Below are positions 1 to 8,913 of a DNA stretch of 64,000 bases, piece by piece (positions within the stretch are counted from its first letter, which is position 1; each line of letters opens with the position of its first letter). Source of the stretch: Paracoccaceae bacterium (GTDB lineage Bacteria > Pseudomonadota > Alphaproteobacteria > Rhodobacterales > Rhodobacteraceae); NCBI GenBank assembly GCA_037968835.1, contig JBBKWG010000106.1:7419-71418 (forward strand), given 5' to 3'. Made by a program: the position numbers and the translations under genes. Below the pieces are notes generated by a model. That model did not search any database, had not been told where the DNA came from, and worked only from the letters and a program-made list of their open reading frames with translations.

Positions 1-264
1 CATGTCGGCAATGGCTGCGATCACGCCAACGACAAGCGGAGCAAAGACTAGCGCGACGACAAATCCGAACGCGGGATGCCCGCCCAGTGTCGTTGCAATC
101 CACCAGGCAATGACTGCGCCGAGCATGAAGAACTCGCCATGCGCGACGTTGACCACCCGCATGACGCCGAAGACCAGACCGAGCCCGACAGCCGTCAGCG
201 CAAGCACCGCCGCGCCGACAGCACCTTCAAGCACGGCAAGAAGCAGGTGCGGCCCGAATTCCAC
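1..264 (-). CDS. Branched-chain amino acid ABC transporter permease (LivH-like), N-terminal part, runs off window
   Basis: My own minus-strand translation from GTG at 264 gives VEFGPHLLLAVLEGAVGAAVLALTAVGLGLVFGVMRVVNVAHGEFFMLGAV, a typical LivH N-terminus. It lies directly downstream of the binding-protein gene on the same strand. Not in the ORF track because it is partial. Confidence 0.7.
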   Translation of the reverse strand, partial: MEFGPHLLLAVLEGAVGAAVLALTAVGLGLVFGVMRVVNVAHGEFFMLGAVIAWWIATTLGGHPAFGFVVALVFAPLVVGVIAAIADM

Positions 265-354
265 GTCAGGCCGCGTCTTTTCGTGTCGAACTCGAATGAA
301 TTCGACCAGTCGCGAATTCACTCGAAGCAGGTTGAAAAAACCGCATTTCCCCGA

Positions 355-1644
355 TCAGAGCGGTTGCGTCGTGTAATCCACTTCGTCGGGATAAAGCGTG
401 TCTTCGATCGACGTCGTATGAGCCAGAACCAGCTTACCGCCTTCAGCCCGCGTGATGTACTGGTGTCCGAAAACCTGATGCGTCTTGCCGTTGAAACGCT
501 TTGCGCCCTGCGGATGGTCGAACCCGGCGGGCATGTCCGTCATGGCCTCGACCGCCTCGATCAGTTTGCCGCGATCGTCCGGCCCCGCGTATCCGGCGGT
601 TTCCATCGCGGCCTTCACGACGTGGAGCGTTTCCCAGCACCCGAACATGTGAGAATACGTTGATATGTCCTTGGAGTCGTTTACTGACGCCCCGTTCTCA
701 TCGACACCAACGGCGGCGCGAAATGCCCTGTCGTATTCGGTTTGATCGGCTTGGACATAGCGTGGATTGCCCTCCCAGAAATATGTCCCTTCAAGAAACT
801 CAAGGCCGGGCGAACTCATGTCCACGGCTTCCAGACTGTCGATGAAACCAAACATCTCGGGCCGGCTCGGACCAAAGAATTCGCCGAGTTCCTTGACGAA
901 CGTCAGCACGGCTGGCCCGACCATGACATGGTAAAGCACCTCGGTCTCCCTCGGGATCTTCGGGAAATATTTGGTGAAAGAGGTCTCTGCGGGCGGGATC
1001 GCGATGTGTTCCAGGACTTCACCGCCAGCGGCTTCGATGGCAGCCGTGAAATAGTCGCGATGGTCGTGGCCGAACGCGAAGTCGGGGAAGATCATCGTGA
1101 CTTTCTTGCCGAGGTTCTCGGCCACGAACGGAGCCATCGCCTGAACCTGGCTTCTGACGTCCGTAATTCCCGGCTGAAGCGTGTAGCGGTTCAACATCCC
1201 GGATGCGACGTGATGCCCTTCCGAGACCACGAAATACGGCAGTTTCAGTTCCCCCGCCCGCGGGGCGGAGCCGATCACCACGTGTGAAAACAAGGTGCCG
1301 AAGGCGATGTCGCAATTCGATTGGGTCGCGAACTTCTCGACCACCTCGGCACCGCGCTTGGGATCGGTTCCGTCGTCTTCTGCAACGATCTCGATCATGC
1401 GCCCGTTGATGCCGCCCTCATCGTTGATCTTTTTCACTGCCGCCTGCGTTGTGCGGTCGTACCAACGCCCGTAGGCGGCGCCAATGCCGGTGCGGTGGAC
1501 CTGAAATCCAATCCGGATCGGTCCTGCGGACTGCGCATGGGTATAGCGCGCCCAAAGCGGCAGGGTTGCAGCGGCGACTGCCCCAGCCCCAAGTGTTTTC
1601 AGTGCCGAACGGCGTGTCTGGCCGGTGGTCAATTTCCTGGTCAT
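355..1644 (-). CDS. ABC transporter substrate-binding protein, Leu/Ile/Val (amide/urea)-binding family
   Basis: ORF 355..1722. The likely start is ATG at 1644 (MTRKLTTGQTRRSALKTLGAGAVAAATLPLWA, a Tat-like signal). The periplasmic-binding-fold sequence begins PIRIGFQ. Adjacent to the LivH-like permease. Confidence 0.85.
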   Translation of the reverse strand: MTRKLTTGQTRRSALKTLGAGAVAAATLPLWARYTHAQSAGPIRIGFQVHRTGIGAAYGRWYDRTTQAAVKKINDEGGINGRMIEIVAEDDGTDPKRGAEVVEKFATQSNCDIAFGTLFSHVVIGSAPRAGELKLPYFVVSEGHHVASGMLNRYTLQPGITDVRSQVQAMAPFVAENLGKKVTMIFPDFAFGHDHRDYFTAAIEAAGGEVLEHIAIPPAETSFTKYFPKIPRETEVLYHVMVGPAVLTFVKELGEFFGPSRPEMFGFIDSLEAVDMSSPGLEFLEGTYFWEGNPRYVQADQTEYDRAFRAAVGVDENGASVNDSKDISTYSHMFGCWETLHVVKAAMETAGYAGPDDRGKLIEAVEAMTDMPAGFDHPQGAKRFNGKTHQVFGHQYITRAEGGKLVLAHTTSIEDTLYPDEVDYTTQPL

Positions 1645-1963
1645 GGCTATCCCCTGTCGGTGGTTTTTACGTTGCGTGTCGGCTTTGGCGCGAGTTTGCA
1701 AAGACATGCGCTGCCTGTCCAATTCTTTCTTTCCTCACAGACCCAGCGGCGTCGTAACCCGGGCTGCCAGCCGAGCCGACACAGACATTGGTTTGAGCAA
1801 CCGCGAGTTGGCGAAGAGGACGAAATCGCGCGATATTGCGGTCCGTCCTGCGAAAGCGATGCCAAAAAAAATTCCGAAAGATCAGATTGATCCTCGGCTT
1901 TCATTGACAAACACAGTGCGCGTCGGAACGATCACGGCGCAGGGCGGACGGCGAGGCAGGACC

Positions 1964-4018
1964 ATGGCGACGACATCGGGCGGGCGCATTGCAGGCGTCG
2001 ATGTCGGCGGCACGTTCACGGATCTGATAGCACTCGACCCCGATGGACAGGTTCGACTCGCCAAGGTTCCAAGCACACCCGAAAATCAGGCGTTCGGCGT
2101 CATGTCGGCGCTTGCGGCGGGACATTGCGTGCTGCCCGATCTTGACCTCATCGTTCACGGCACTACGACCACGACCAACGCGGTTCTTGAGCGCAAGCTG
2201 AGCCGGACCGGGCTGATAACGACCGCAGGATTTCGCGACATCCTGGAACTTGGTCGGCGCACCCGTCCTTCGGCTTATGGAATGAAAGGTGAATTCACGC
2301 CGATCATCCCGCGCGATCTGCGGCTGGAGGTTCCCGAGCGGATGGACGCCAGCGGAGAGGTCGTGATCCCGCTCGATGATGATGCCGTGCGCGAGGCGGC
2401 GGAAAGGCTTCGCGATGCCGGGTGCGAGGCCCTCGTCATTCACTTCCTTCACGCCTATGCCAATCCCACTCACGAGCAGCGCGCTGCCGAAATCGTTGCG
2501 CCCTTCTTTCCCGATGGGCATATCACCATGGGGCACGCGCTGTTGTCCGAAAGCCGCGAATTCGAGCGGGGCGTGACGGCTGCGGTCAATGCCAGCGTCC
2601 AGCCTATTCTTGCGCGTTATATCAGGCGCTTGCGGGCCGATCTGAATGACGCTGGCTATCGCGGCGACGTTCTGGTGATGAATGGCAACGGGGGGATGGT
2701 GTCGTCGTCCCGCGTCGCCGAGGAGGCTGCCAAAACCGTCATGTCCGGCCCGGCTTCAGGGGTCATGGCAGCTGCGTTTGTCGGTCGTCAAAGCGGACAC
2801 CGCGACCTGATTACATACGATATGGGCGGCACCTCGACGGATGTGGCGCTGATCCGCGACGCCCGGCCCTCGGTCTCTAACGAAATCGAGATCGAATATG
2901 CAATGCCGATCCACGTTCCGATGGTCGATGTTCGCACCGTCGGTGCAGGCGGCGGTTCGATCGCACGCGTCAATGCGGCCGGATTGCTCGAAGTCGGACC
3001 CCAAAGCGCCGGGGCCGATCCGGGACCGATTTGCTATGGTCGTGGTGGGCGCGAGCCGACGATTTCGGATGCGAACCTGCTGCTTGGCAAACTCGATCCG
3101 TCCAAACTGGCCGTCGCTGGCGGAATTGCGATTGCAGACGTGGAACGGATATTCGCCGCGACAATCGGCGATCCGCTTGGCTTGTCGGCCATCGAAGCGG
3201 CGCGTGCTGTTATTACAGTCGCGAACATCAAGATGGCCGGCGCAATCCGAATGGTATCGGTCTCGCTGGGTGCCGACCCGCGTGATTTCTCTCTGTTCGC
3301 CTTCGGGGGTGCCGGGCCGCTGCACGCAACGGCACTGGCGCGGGAGCTTTCCATCCCCCGCGTCCTCGTCCCTGCCCGCCCCGGTCTGACCAACGCCATC
3401 GGGTGCGTGACGGCCGATTTGCGGCATGATTTCGTGCGCACGATCAATAGGCCGCTCGATGCTCTGGGTGACGGCAGCCTCGCCGCGATATTCGAGGAAC
3501 AGGGCGACCGGGGCCGTGCCATGGTTGATGCCGAGCACATAGCTCTTGATCGCATCGAAACGCATTTGAGCGTCGACATGCAGTATGTCGGGCAGACGCA
3601 TCTTCTGCGGGTCGAAATAGCAGACGCTGCAATCAGCGCCGAAGCACTCCGCTCGTTATTCGAAAAGGTCTATTTCGCGCGATTTCGCGTTTCACTGGAG
3701 GGCATCCGGGTCAGCGTGGTGAACGTCAACTGCTCGGTCGTCGGAGTCCGTCCACCGCTCGACATCACCGCGCTGATTGATCCCGCTGGGCGAAAAGCGA
3801 CGCTTGAGGACGCTATGACGGGCACGCGCACCGTGGTATTCGACGAACCGATTTTCGACACACCGATTTACTGGCGGGATTATCTGCCGCTGGACGCCAG
3901 GCTTCAGGGGCCAGCGGTGATTGAACAGATGGATACCACGATCCTTGTCGAACCGGGGTGCACGGCCATCGGCGATCGGTCTGGAAATATCATGATCGAG
4001 GTGGGGAATGGCGCTTGA
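1964..4018 (+). CDS. hyuA: Hydantoinase/oxoprolinase family protein, A (beta) subunit
   Basis: The start within ORF 1625..4018 was chosen at MATTSGGRIAGVDVGGTFTDL, the canonical Hydantoinase_A N-terminus with a GVDVGGTFTD ATPase motif. 684 aa. Confidence 0.85.
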   Translation: MATTSGGRIAGVDVGGTFTDLIALDPDGQVRLAKVPSTPENQAFGVMSALAAGHCVLPDLDLIVHGTTTTTNAVLERKLSRTGLITTAGFRDILELGRRTRPSAYGMKGEFTPIIPRDLRLEVPERMDASGEVVIPLDDDAVREAAERLRDAGCEALVIHFLHAYANPTHEQRAAEIVAPFFPDGHITMGHALLSESREFERGVTAAVNASVQPILARYIRRLRADLNDAGYRGDVLVMNGNGGMVSSSRVAEEAAKTVMSGPASGVMAAAFVGRQSGHRDLITYDMGGTSTDVALIRDARPSVSNEIEIEYAMPIHVPMVDVRTVGAGGGSIARVNAAGLLEVGPQSAGADPGPICYGRGGREPTISDANLLLGKLDPSKLAVAGGIAIADVERIFAATIGDPLGLSAIEAARAVITVANIKMAGAIRMVSVSLGADPRDFSLFAFGGAGPLHATALARELSIPRVLVPARPGLTNAIGCVTADLRHDFVRTINRPLDALGDGSLAAIFEEQGDRGRAMVDAEHIALDRIETHLSVDMQYVGQTHLLRVEIADAAISAEALRSLFEKVYFARFRVSLEGIRVSVVNVNCSVVGVRPPLDITALIDPAGRKATLEDAMTGTRTVVFDEPIFDTPIYWRDYLPLDARLQGPAVIEQMDTTILVEPGCTAIGDRSGNIMIEVGNGA

Positions 4019-5762
4019 TCCGATAACCCTTTCCGTCATTCAGGCCGGACTACAGCAGGTTTGCGACGAAATGGACCTGACGTTCTCGCGCGCCGCGTTC
4101 TCTCCTGTCATTGCCGAGGCCAACGACAGGTCGGACGGAATTTATGCAGCGGATGACGGCTCGCTGATCGCTCAGGGCGCGGGCGGCTTGCCGGTGTTTG
4201 TCGGGACCATGCAATATTCGACCCGCTGCCTGATCGAAATGATCGCGGATGGCCGCGTTGCCGCACCGCGCCCCGGCGACATCTACATCGTCAACGATCC
4301 GTATCTTGGCGGAACCCATCTGATGGATGTCCGGTTCGCGCGACCATTCTACCGGGACGGACGGATTTTCTGCTGGCTGTCCAACACCGGCCACTGGCCC
4401 GATACAGGCGGCGCGGTTCCCGGCGGATTCTCGGCTTCAGCCACCGCTGTCGAACAGGAGGGGCTTCGATTGCCGCCGGTTCGATTGTTCAAGGAAGGCG
4501 TACTGGACACCGAGATCTATTCGATCATCTGCTCCAACATCCGGGTTGCCGATCAGCGGATCGGGGACGTCAAGGCGCAGGCGGCAGCGTTGCTTGTCGG
4601 CGAGGAGCGGCTCGACGCTTTGCTCGACCGCTATGGCGACGCGGTTGTGTCGGAAGCAATCGGGGAACTGCGCGTGCGCGCGTGCGATCAGATGCGCAGT
4701 TTCATCGCCGCCACACCGGACGGCGAATACGAGAGCGTTGCATGGATCGACAGCGATGGTGTGGTCAACGAGCCTTTGGCAATACGTCTGAGAGTGACAA
4801 TCGCCGACGAAACGGTCGTCTTTGATTTCTCGGGCTCTAGTCCGCCCTGCCGGGGTCCGATGAACTCTGTCAGGGCAACGACGCTATCGTCGGTATATCT
4901 AGCGGTCCGCCACATCTTTCCAGAGGTTCCGATCAGCGCCGGGGCATTCGATCCCCTTCAGATCGTCGGCATCAAGAATACGTTTCTCGACGCAGAATAT
5001 CCGCGCCCGGTGTCGGGGTGTGCGGCCGAGGTATCGCAGCGGATCGCGGAAGCTGTTTTTGCCGCACTGGTGCAGGCGCTGCCGGACCGGGTGACTGCGG
5101 CCCCCGCCGGGACAAGCGGGAATTTCGCACTTGGCGGACATGACCCCGCGCGCGGCCGGGATTTCGTGATGTATCAGCTATCTGGCGGCGGCTACGGCGG
5201 CAATTCCGACCATGACGGGCTGACCAACGGATGTTCGACGATCGGCATTTCCAAGGCCCCTCCCGTCGAAATCATGGAACAGGCGTTTCCGGTCCTCTAC
5301 CACCGCTACGCCTTGCGCGAAGGGTCCGGCGGCGCGGGGCGACACCGGGGTGGGTTTGGGCTCGACTATGAACTGGAAATTCGCCGGGGAACCGCGCAGG
5401 CGAGCTTCGTAATGGATCATGGGCGTTTCGGTCCGCAGGGCGCCCTTGGCGGCATGGACGGGGCGAAGAACGAAGTCACTGTCTGGCAGGACGGCGCGTC
5501 GTATGTCCCGGTTCATCTGTCCAAAGAGCAAGACATTCCGCTGCGCGCCGGCGACCGGGTTCGGGTCCGAACGCCTGGCGGCGGTGGCTACGGCGATCCA
5601 ATGACGCGGTTACCCGACGCCGTCGCAGAGGATGTCAGACTCGGGCGGTACACGCGGGATGAAGCTAAACGGTTGTTCGGGGTCGTCATCGGCGAGGATT
5701 TGGGCGTCGACAAGAACGCCACCGAAATCCTCCGAAAGCAGATCGCCAGTTCGGGTCCCTAG
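4008..5762 (+). CDS. hyuB: Hydantoinase B/oxoprolinase family protein
   Basis: 584 aa. The N-terminus MALDPITLSVIQAGLQQVCDEM is typical of Hydantoinase_B. It overlaps the hyuA stop by 11 nt, suggesting an operon. Confidence 0.85.
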   Translation: MALDPITLSVIQAGLQQVCDEMDLTFSRAAFSPVIAEANDRSDGIYAADDGSLIAQGAGGLPVFVGTMQYSTRCLIEMIADGRVAAPRPGDIYIVNDPYLGGTHLMDVRFARPFYRDGRIFCWLSNTGHWPDTGGAVPGGFSASATAVEQEGLRLPPVRLFKEGVLDTEIYSIICSNIRVADQRIGDVKAQAAALLVGEERLDALLDRYGDAVVSEAIGELRVRACDQMRSFIAATPDGEYESVAWIDSDGVVNEPLAIRLRVTIADETVVFDFSGSSPPCRGPMNSVRATTLSSVYLAVRHIFPEVPISAGAFDPLQIVGIKNTFLDAEYPRPVSGCAAEVSQRIAEAVFAALVQALPDRVTAAPAGTSGNFALGGHDPARGRDFVMYQLSGGGYGGNSDHDGLTNGCSTIGISKAPPVEIMEQAFPVLYHRYALREGSGGAGRHRGGFGLDYELEIRRGTAQASFVMDHGRFGPQGALGGMDGAKNEVTVWQDGASYVPVHLSKEQDIPLRAGDRVRVRTPGGGGYGDPMTRLPDAVAEDVRLGRYTRDEAKRLFGVVIGEDLGVDKNATEILRKQIASSGP

Positions 5763-5885
5763 TCAGACCACCATGCAGAATGCTGCCGCGCAGATTTCGC
5801 CGCCGGCGGTTGGTGTGGCCATCAGGACAAGAACGAGCGCTCCGAGCATCGTCGCCGCAAGAAATAAAAGTCTATTTTCCAGCAT
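5763..5885 (-). CDS. Hypothetical 40-aa peptide with signal-peptide-like N-terminus and a C-x4-C tail
   Basis: Own translation: MLENRLLFLAATMLGALVLVLMATPTAGGEICAAAFCMVV. GGGAGA sits 5 nt upstream of the ATG. It is below the ORF-track size cut-off and lies downstream of the regulator on the same strand. Confidence 0.3.
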   Translation of the reverse strand: MLENRLLFLAATMLGALVLVLMATPTAGGEICAAAFCMVV

Positions 5886-5945
5886 CGTAGTCTCCCAATC
5901 ATCTAAAATTGGACCGGTCAGTTGGAAATTCGCTGGCCGAAACGT

Positions 5946-5973
5946 AAAAAATCAATCCTTACCGCGGCTAAGG
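5946..5973 (-). terminator. Weak rho-independent terminator candidate after the regulator gene
   Basis: The minus strand reads CCTTA-gccgcgg-TAAGG, then attga, then TTTTTT. The stem is only 5 bp and the T-run is offset. Confidence 0.3.
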
Positions 5974-5976
5974 GGT

Positions 5977-7614
5977 TCAGCCACTCAGCGCCATCAATTT
6001 GTCGCCGTCCAGCAACCCGCTCCAGCGAAGGGGTGAAATCGGGTAATGTGCATCGTTTGCCATGCGCTCAAACGAGAAATCAGGCTCCAACTTGCGCAAA
6101 CGATTGGCGACGCGCACCGCGGCCTCGGGCCGGTCGGCGGAGGCGTAAAGCGCCGTCAGATAACGCAGGGGCGGGCGGAAATCGGGCGACATCGCGTGCG
6201 CGGCCTCGGCCAGTTTCAGGGCTTCTTCTCCCCTGCCCGTCAGAGCCGCTGTCAGGCAGCGTCCCATGTCCCACCAGAACCCAAAGGGCGACCCGACGCT
6301 GATGCGCTGTGCCCGCACCGCAAGGGCGTGCGCTTCGCTGAGTTGGCCGGCATAAAGTTTCGCTGTTGAAAGGCTGTCCCACGCCAGAGGATTCGCAGGG
6401 TTCAGGTTGACAGAACGGCGCGCGAGTTCATTGCAGGCGCTGACATCGTCATCCAGAACCAGTCGAGTATTGGCGACGGTAGCCAGAACCATCGAGTTCA
6501 GAGGTTCCAGTTCCATTGCATGTTTACAGAATGCCCGCGCTTCCTCGTCAAGTCCGTCCGAGCGGTCGGGGTGGCGTTCCACTTCCTGAATGACACGCAA
6601 TTGCGCCCGCCAAGCGAGTGCCAGCGCGCGCGGCGAAAGATCGAAAGCTTGCTCCAGCATCTTGTCGGCTTCCGACAAGGCATCCGGGCGCATCTGGAAA
6701 ATCCGTCGCACCGCCAGCCTGATCAGAAGGTTGGCATCCCTGACGTCGGCAGTGTCTTCGACGCGGATTGTCAACGCGTCGGCAAGCGCGTCGATCAACT
6801 GGTTGCCAAGGGAGACGACCTCCAGATCCTCGACCGGTGGCGCGCCATGCAATTGCGTGGATGTCATTCCCGCCCAGATCAACTCTGTCGACGCGCCCTG
6901 GTTAATTCTCGCGCGCAGTCCGACACGCGCCCTGTCGACGGTGTATGCCTGCACCTCGACGCGGAACGCGTCTTTGGGATGGCTGGCAGCATCGCCAACG
7001 CGCACATCGACGGTCAGGGTTTCACGCAAACTGCGCACCACACAGTCGACAAAGATGTCCTCGATCAACTGAAGATGGTTCTTGTCCTGGCTTTTAGTCA
7101 CGAAGATGATCGTCGGTCGCTCGGGCCGACGCGAGGTATTCGCGAGCAAGACGCTCGGCATCGCCAAATCGGCCTTGAACCGCTCTCTTGAAAGCCAGTC
7201 CGGCAATTCGTGATCGCCGTCAATCAGCGCAATGCCTTCGAGGAACTCTTCGTTCTCCCCGGCCGGAACCAGAAGCAGGGCATCCAGAACAAGTTTTACG
7301 CTGCGCCTGTCGGCGTCCAGGAGCGTCCCGAATTCACCAAGCGCGCGGCGGATTTCACTCAACGCTTGCCTCAGACTGACCGCGGATTTTTCACGCGGGC
7401 GATCCGGCCAGAGTTTGTTCTGAAGCCAAAGCCGACCCCGACTGCCGGTCTCGCTGGTCGCAAGAAGCGCCAGAATCGCCTGAGACTTCGCACTATTTGG
7501 CGCAAGATCCTTGCCATCGGGGGATTCAAAGCGAAACCTTCCAAAGAGAGACATTTCTGGCAGCTTGCGCCCGGTCGCCGTCATCGCCTTTACGCTCCTT
7601 GTCTTCCCGGCCAA
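5977..7614 (-). CDS. Transcriptional regulator: N-terminal OmpR/SARP-type winged helix plus C-terminal TPR repeats
   Basis: 545 aa. The N-terminal segment LFGRFRFESPDGKDL...SKSQAILALLA...LWPDRPREKSAVSLRQALSEIRRALG resembles a Trans_reg_C/BTAD wHTH. The C-terminal 200 aa are TPR-like helical repeats. No P-loop is visible. An alternative start is ATG 7554 (MSLFGRF). Confidence 0.7.
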   Translation of the reverse strand: MAGKTRSVKAMTATGRKLPEMSLFGRFRFESPDGKDLAPNSAKSQAILALLATSETGSRGRLWLQNKLWPDRPREKSAVSLRQALSEIRRALGEFGTLLDADRRSVKLVLDALLLVPAGENEEFLEGIALIDGDHELPDWLSRERFKADLAMPSVLLANTSRRPERPTIIFVTKSQDKNHLQLIEDIFVDCVVRSLRETLTVDVRVGDAASHPKDAFRVEVQAYTVDRARVGLRARINQGASTELIWAGMTSTQLHGAPPVEDLEVVSLGNQLIDALADALTIRVEDTADVRDANLLIRLAVRRIFQMRPDALSEADKMLEQAFDLSPRALALAWRAQLRVIQEVERHPDRSDGLDEEARAFCKHAMELEPLNSMVLATVANTRLVLDDDVSACNELARRSVNLNPANPLAWDSLSTAKLYAGQLSEAHALAVRAQRISVGSPFGFWWDMGRCLTAALTGRGEEALKLAEAAHAMSPDFRPPLRYLTALYASADRPEAAVRVANRLRKLEPDFSFERMANDAHYPISPLRWSGLLDGDKLMALSG

Positions 7615-7629
7615 GCGGAAATATCTCGC

Positions 7630-7644
7630 TTAACCCAAGGTTAA
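7630..7644. promoter_or_regulatory. Perfect CtrA-type box TTAA-N7-TTAA (TTAACCCAAGGTTAA)
   Basis: Read directly in the divergent control region between the regulator and the PAP2/S8 operon. It matches the alphaproteobacterial CtrA consensus TTAA-N7-TTAA(C). It is also a 6-bp inverted repeat, TTAACC/GGTTAA. Confidence 0.4.
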
Positions 7645-7676
7645 TTTGACCACGATTTGGTAACAGATTCAAGAAA

Positions 7677-7726
7677 TTCACAAACCGGATCACGAAATCG
7701 GCCCTTTCGTGAATACAACGTGAAAA
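7677..7726. promoter_or_regulatory. Nested inverted-repeat operator candidate
   Basis: The element reads TTCACAAA-ccgga-TCACGAAA-tcggccc-TTTCGTGA-atacaa-CGTGAAAA. The inner 8-bp arms are perfect (7690-7697 and 7705-7712). The outer arms share TTCAC/GTGAA. It lies about 80-130 nt upstream of the PAP2 ATG. Confidence 0.35.
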
Positions 7727-7806
7727 TCCATGGCCCACAGGTGAGCGGTGTTGAACAGCGCAAACCTTTAGTCTTTCCTGACTTGGAAATAATCGGGGGA
7801 TTGCGA

Positions 7807-8913
7807 ATGTCCGAATACGGAAAAGGCCAAGGCAAAGGTCAGGGAAAGGGTCAGGGCAAGGGTCAGGGCAAGGGTCAGGGGAAAGGCCAGGGCAAGGGCC
7901 AAGGCAAAGGTCAGGGCACCGATCACGCCGGTGGCGAGGCTTCTGGTTCGCTTAGCTCGGCTCTCATCACCAGCCACGACGGCATCGTCGGATATTGGGA
8001 TGGAATGCCATTGCGCCGACCAGCCCCGCTTGGCCGGTCGGATACTGATCTCAGCTACCTTTCGGGCGAAATCCGGGGCGATTTGCTGGATTCGATCCTG
8101 ACACCGAACCTTACGATGTCGGGACAAGACGGCACCGCCACAATCTCGGCTCGCGGCAATCTGCTTCTCACACTCAACCGACCGGCTTCCGCAGTATTTC
8201 GTCACCAACTTCCTATGGTGCGCGCATATTCCGATCTTCGCGACGATCGCATTCTCGAGATACTCCACCAGACCGAAGACCTGCTGTCGTTCTTCGGTGC
8301 GCTTGCCTATCTCAGCCCCGAACGGTGCGGCAGAACGCTTGAGGTTATGGCGGCGGCGGTCCGGCTTGCGGTCCATGTCGAAATGCCCCTCAAGCATTTT
8401 TGCCGCTCCCCGCGACCAATCGACTATGCCACCCAAATTCAGCCGATCGTCCAGACGCCGGATCACTCCAGCTTCCCTTCCGGGCACGCCATCGAAGTTT
8501 TCGCGGCGGCCACCGTGATGACGCGCCTGTTGACGGGAAAGGGTCCCAAAGCCGCGCTTACCGGCAGCGATCGGACTGCCGCGATGCCCTTCAAACTTGC
8601 CCATCGGATTGCGACGAACCGCAGCATCGCGGGCGTTCATTTCCCGGTCGATTCCGCCGCAGGGGCAGTTGTCGGCTGTCTTGTTGGCGAAACGGTCTAT
8701 CAGATTGCGACCGGGACGGACGAGATGGATTGGCCGGCGCCACGGGATCTGACGTTCGATTTGAGCGACGACGAGGCCGCGGCTTTCGACCTTACGCTCG
8801 TCTGGTTGCGTGACACGTTGGGCGATGATGCGACTGAAACGGAACCTGGCGACAATATTCTGGGAGCATTGTGGAAAAAAGCCGCCGAGGAATGGACGGA
8901 AGCCGCGGCATGA
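7807..8913 (+). CDS. PAP2 (acid phosphatase / vanadium haloperoxidase) superfamily protein, apparently soluble, with N-terminal (GKGQ)x8 tail
   Basis: All three PAP2 motifs are present: KHFCRSPRP (K-x6-RP), PSGH, and NRSIAGVHFPVD (R-x5-H-x3-D). I see no clear signal peptide or long hydrophobic helices. The start was chosen at ATG 7807 (MSEYGKGQ), preceded by GGGGGA. Confidence 0.75.
   Translation: MSEYGKGQGKGQGKGQGKGQGKGQGKGQGKGQGKGQGTDHAGGEASGSLSSALITSHDGIVGYWDGMPLRRPAPLGRSDTDLSYLSGEIRGDLLDSILTPNLTMSGQDGTATISARGNLLLTLNRPASAVFRHQLPMVRAYSDLRDDRILEILHQTEDLLSFFGALAYLSPERCGRTLEVMAAAVRLAVHVEMPLKHFCRSPRPIDYATQIQPIVQTPDHSSFPSGHAIEVFAAATVMTRLLTGKGPKAALTGSDRTAAMPFKLAHRIATNRSIAGVHFPVDSAAGAVVGCLVGETVYQIATGTDEMDWPAPRDLTFDLSDDEAAAFDLTLVWLRDTLGDDATETEPGDNILGALWKKAAEEWTEAAA
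7819..7914 (+). repeat. Eight tandem 12-nt units encoding GKGQ, imperfect at synonymous sites
   Basis: Read directly: gga aaa ggc caa / ggc aaa ggt cag / gga aag ggt cag / ggc aag ggt cag (x2) / ggg aaa ggc cag / ggc aag ggc caa / ggc aaa ggt cag. Confidence 0.95.

Noticed and set aside
2-663. Plus-strand ORFs 2..376 and 76..663 at the window start
   Set aside because: They are antisense to the LivH-like permease fragment and to the C-terminus of the binding-protein gene, both of which translate into recognisable families.
1825-1834. 10-bp perfect palindrome ATCGCGCGAT in the SBP-hyuA divergent region, considered as a possible operator
   Set aside because: It is short and CG-rich, so it is expected by chance in a GC-rich genome. 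There is no second copy and no partner regulator gene in view.
7819-7914. Possibility that the 12-nt tandem array is a CRISPR or non-coding VNTR
   Set aside because: There are no spacers between units. The array is in frame inside a motif-bearing CDS, and the variation is synonymous.
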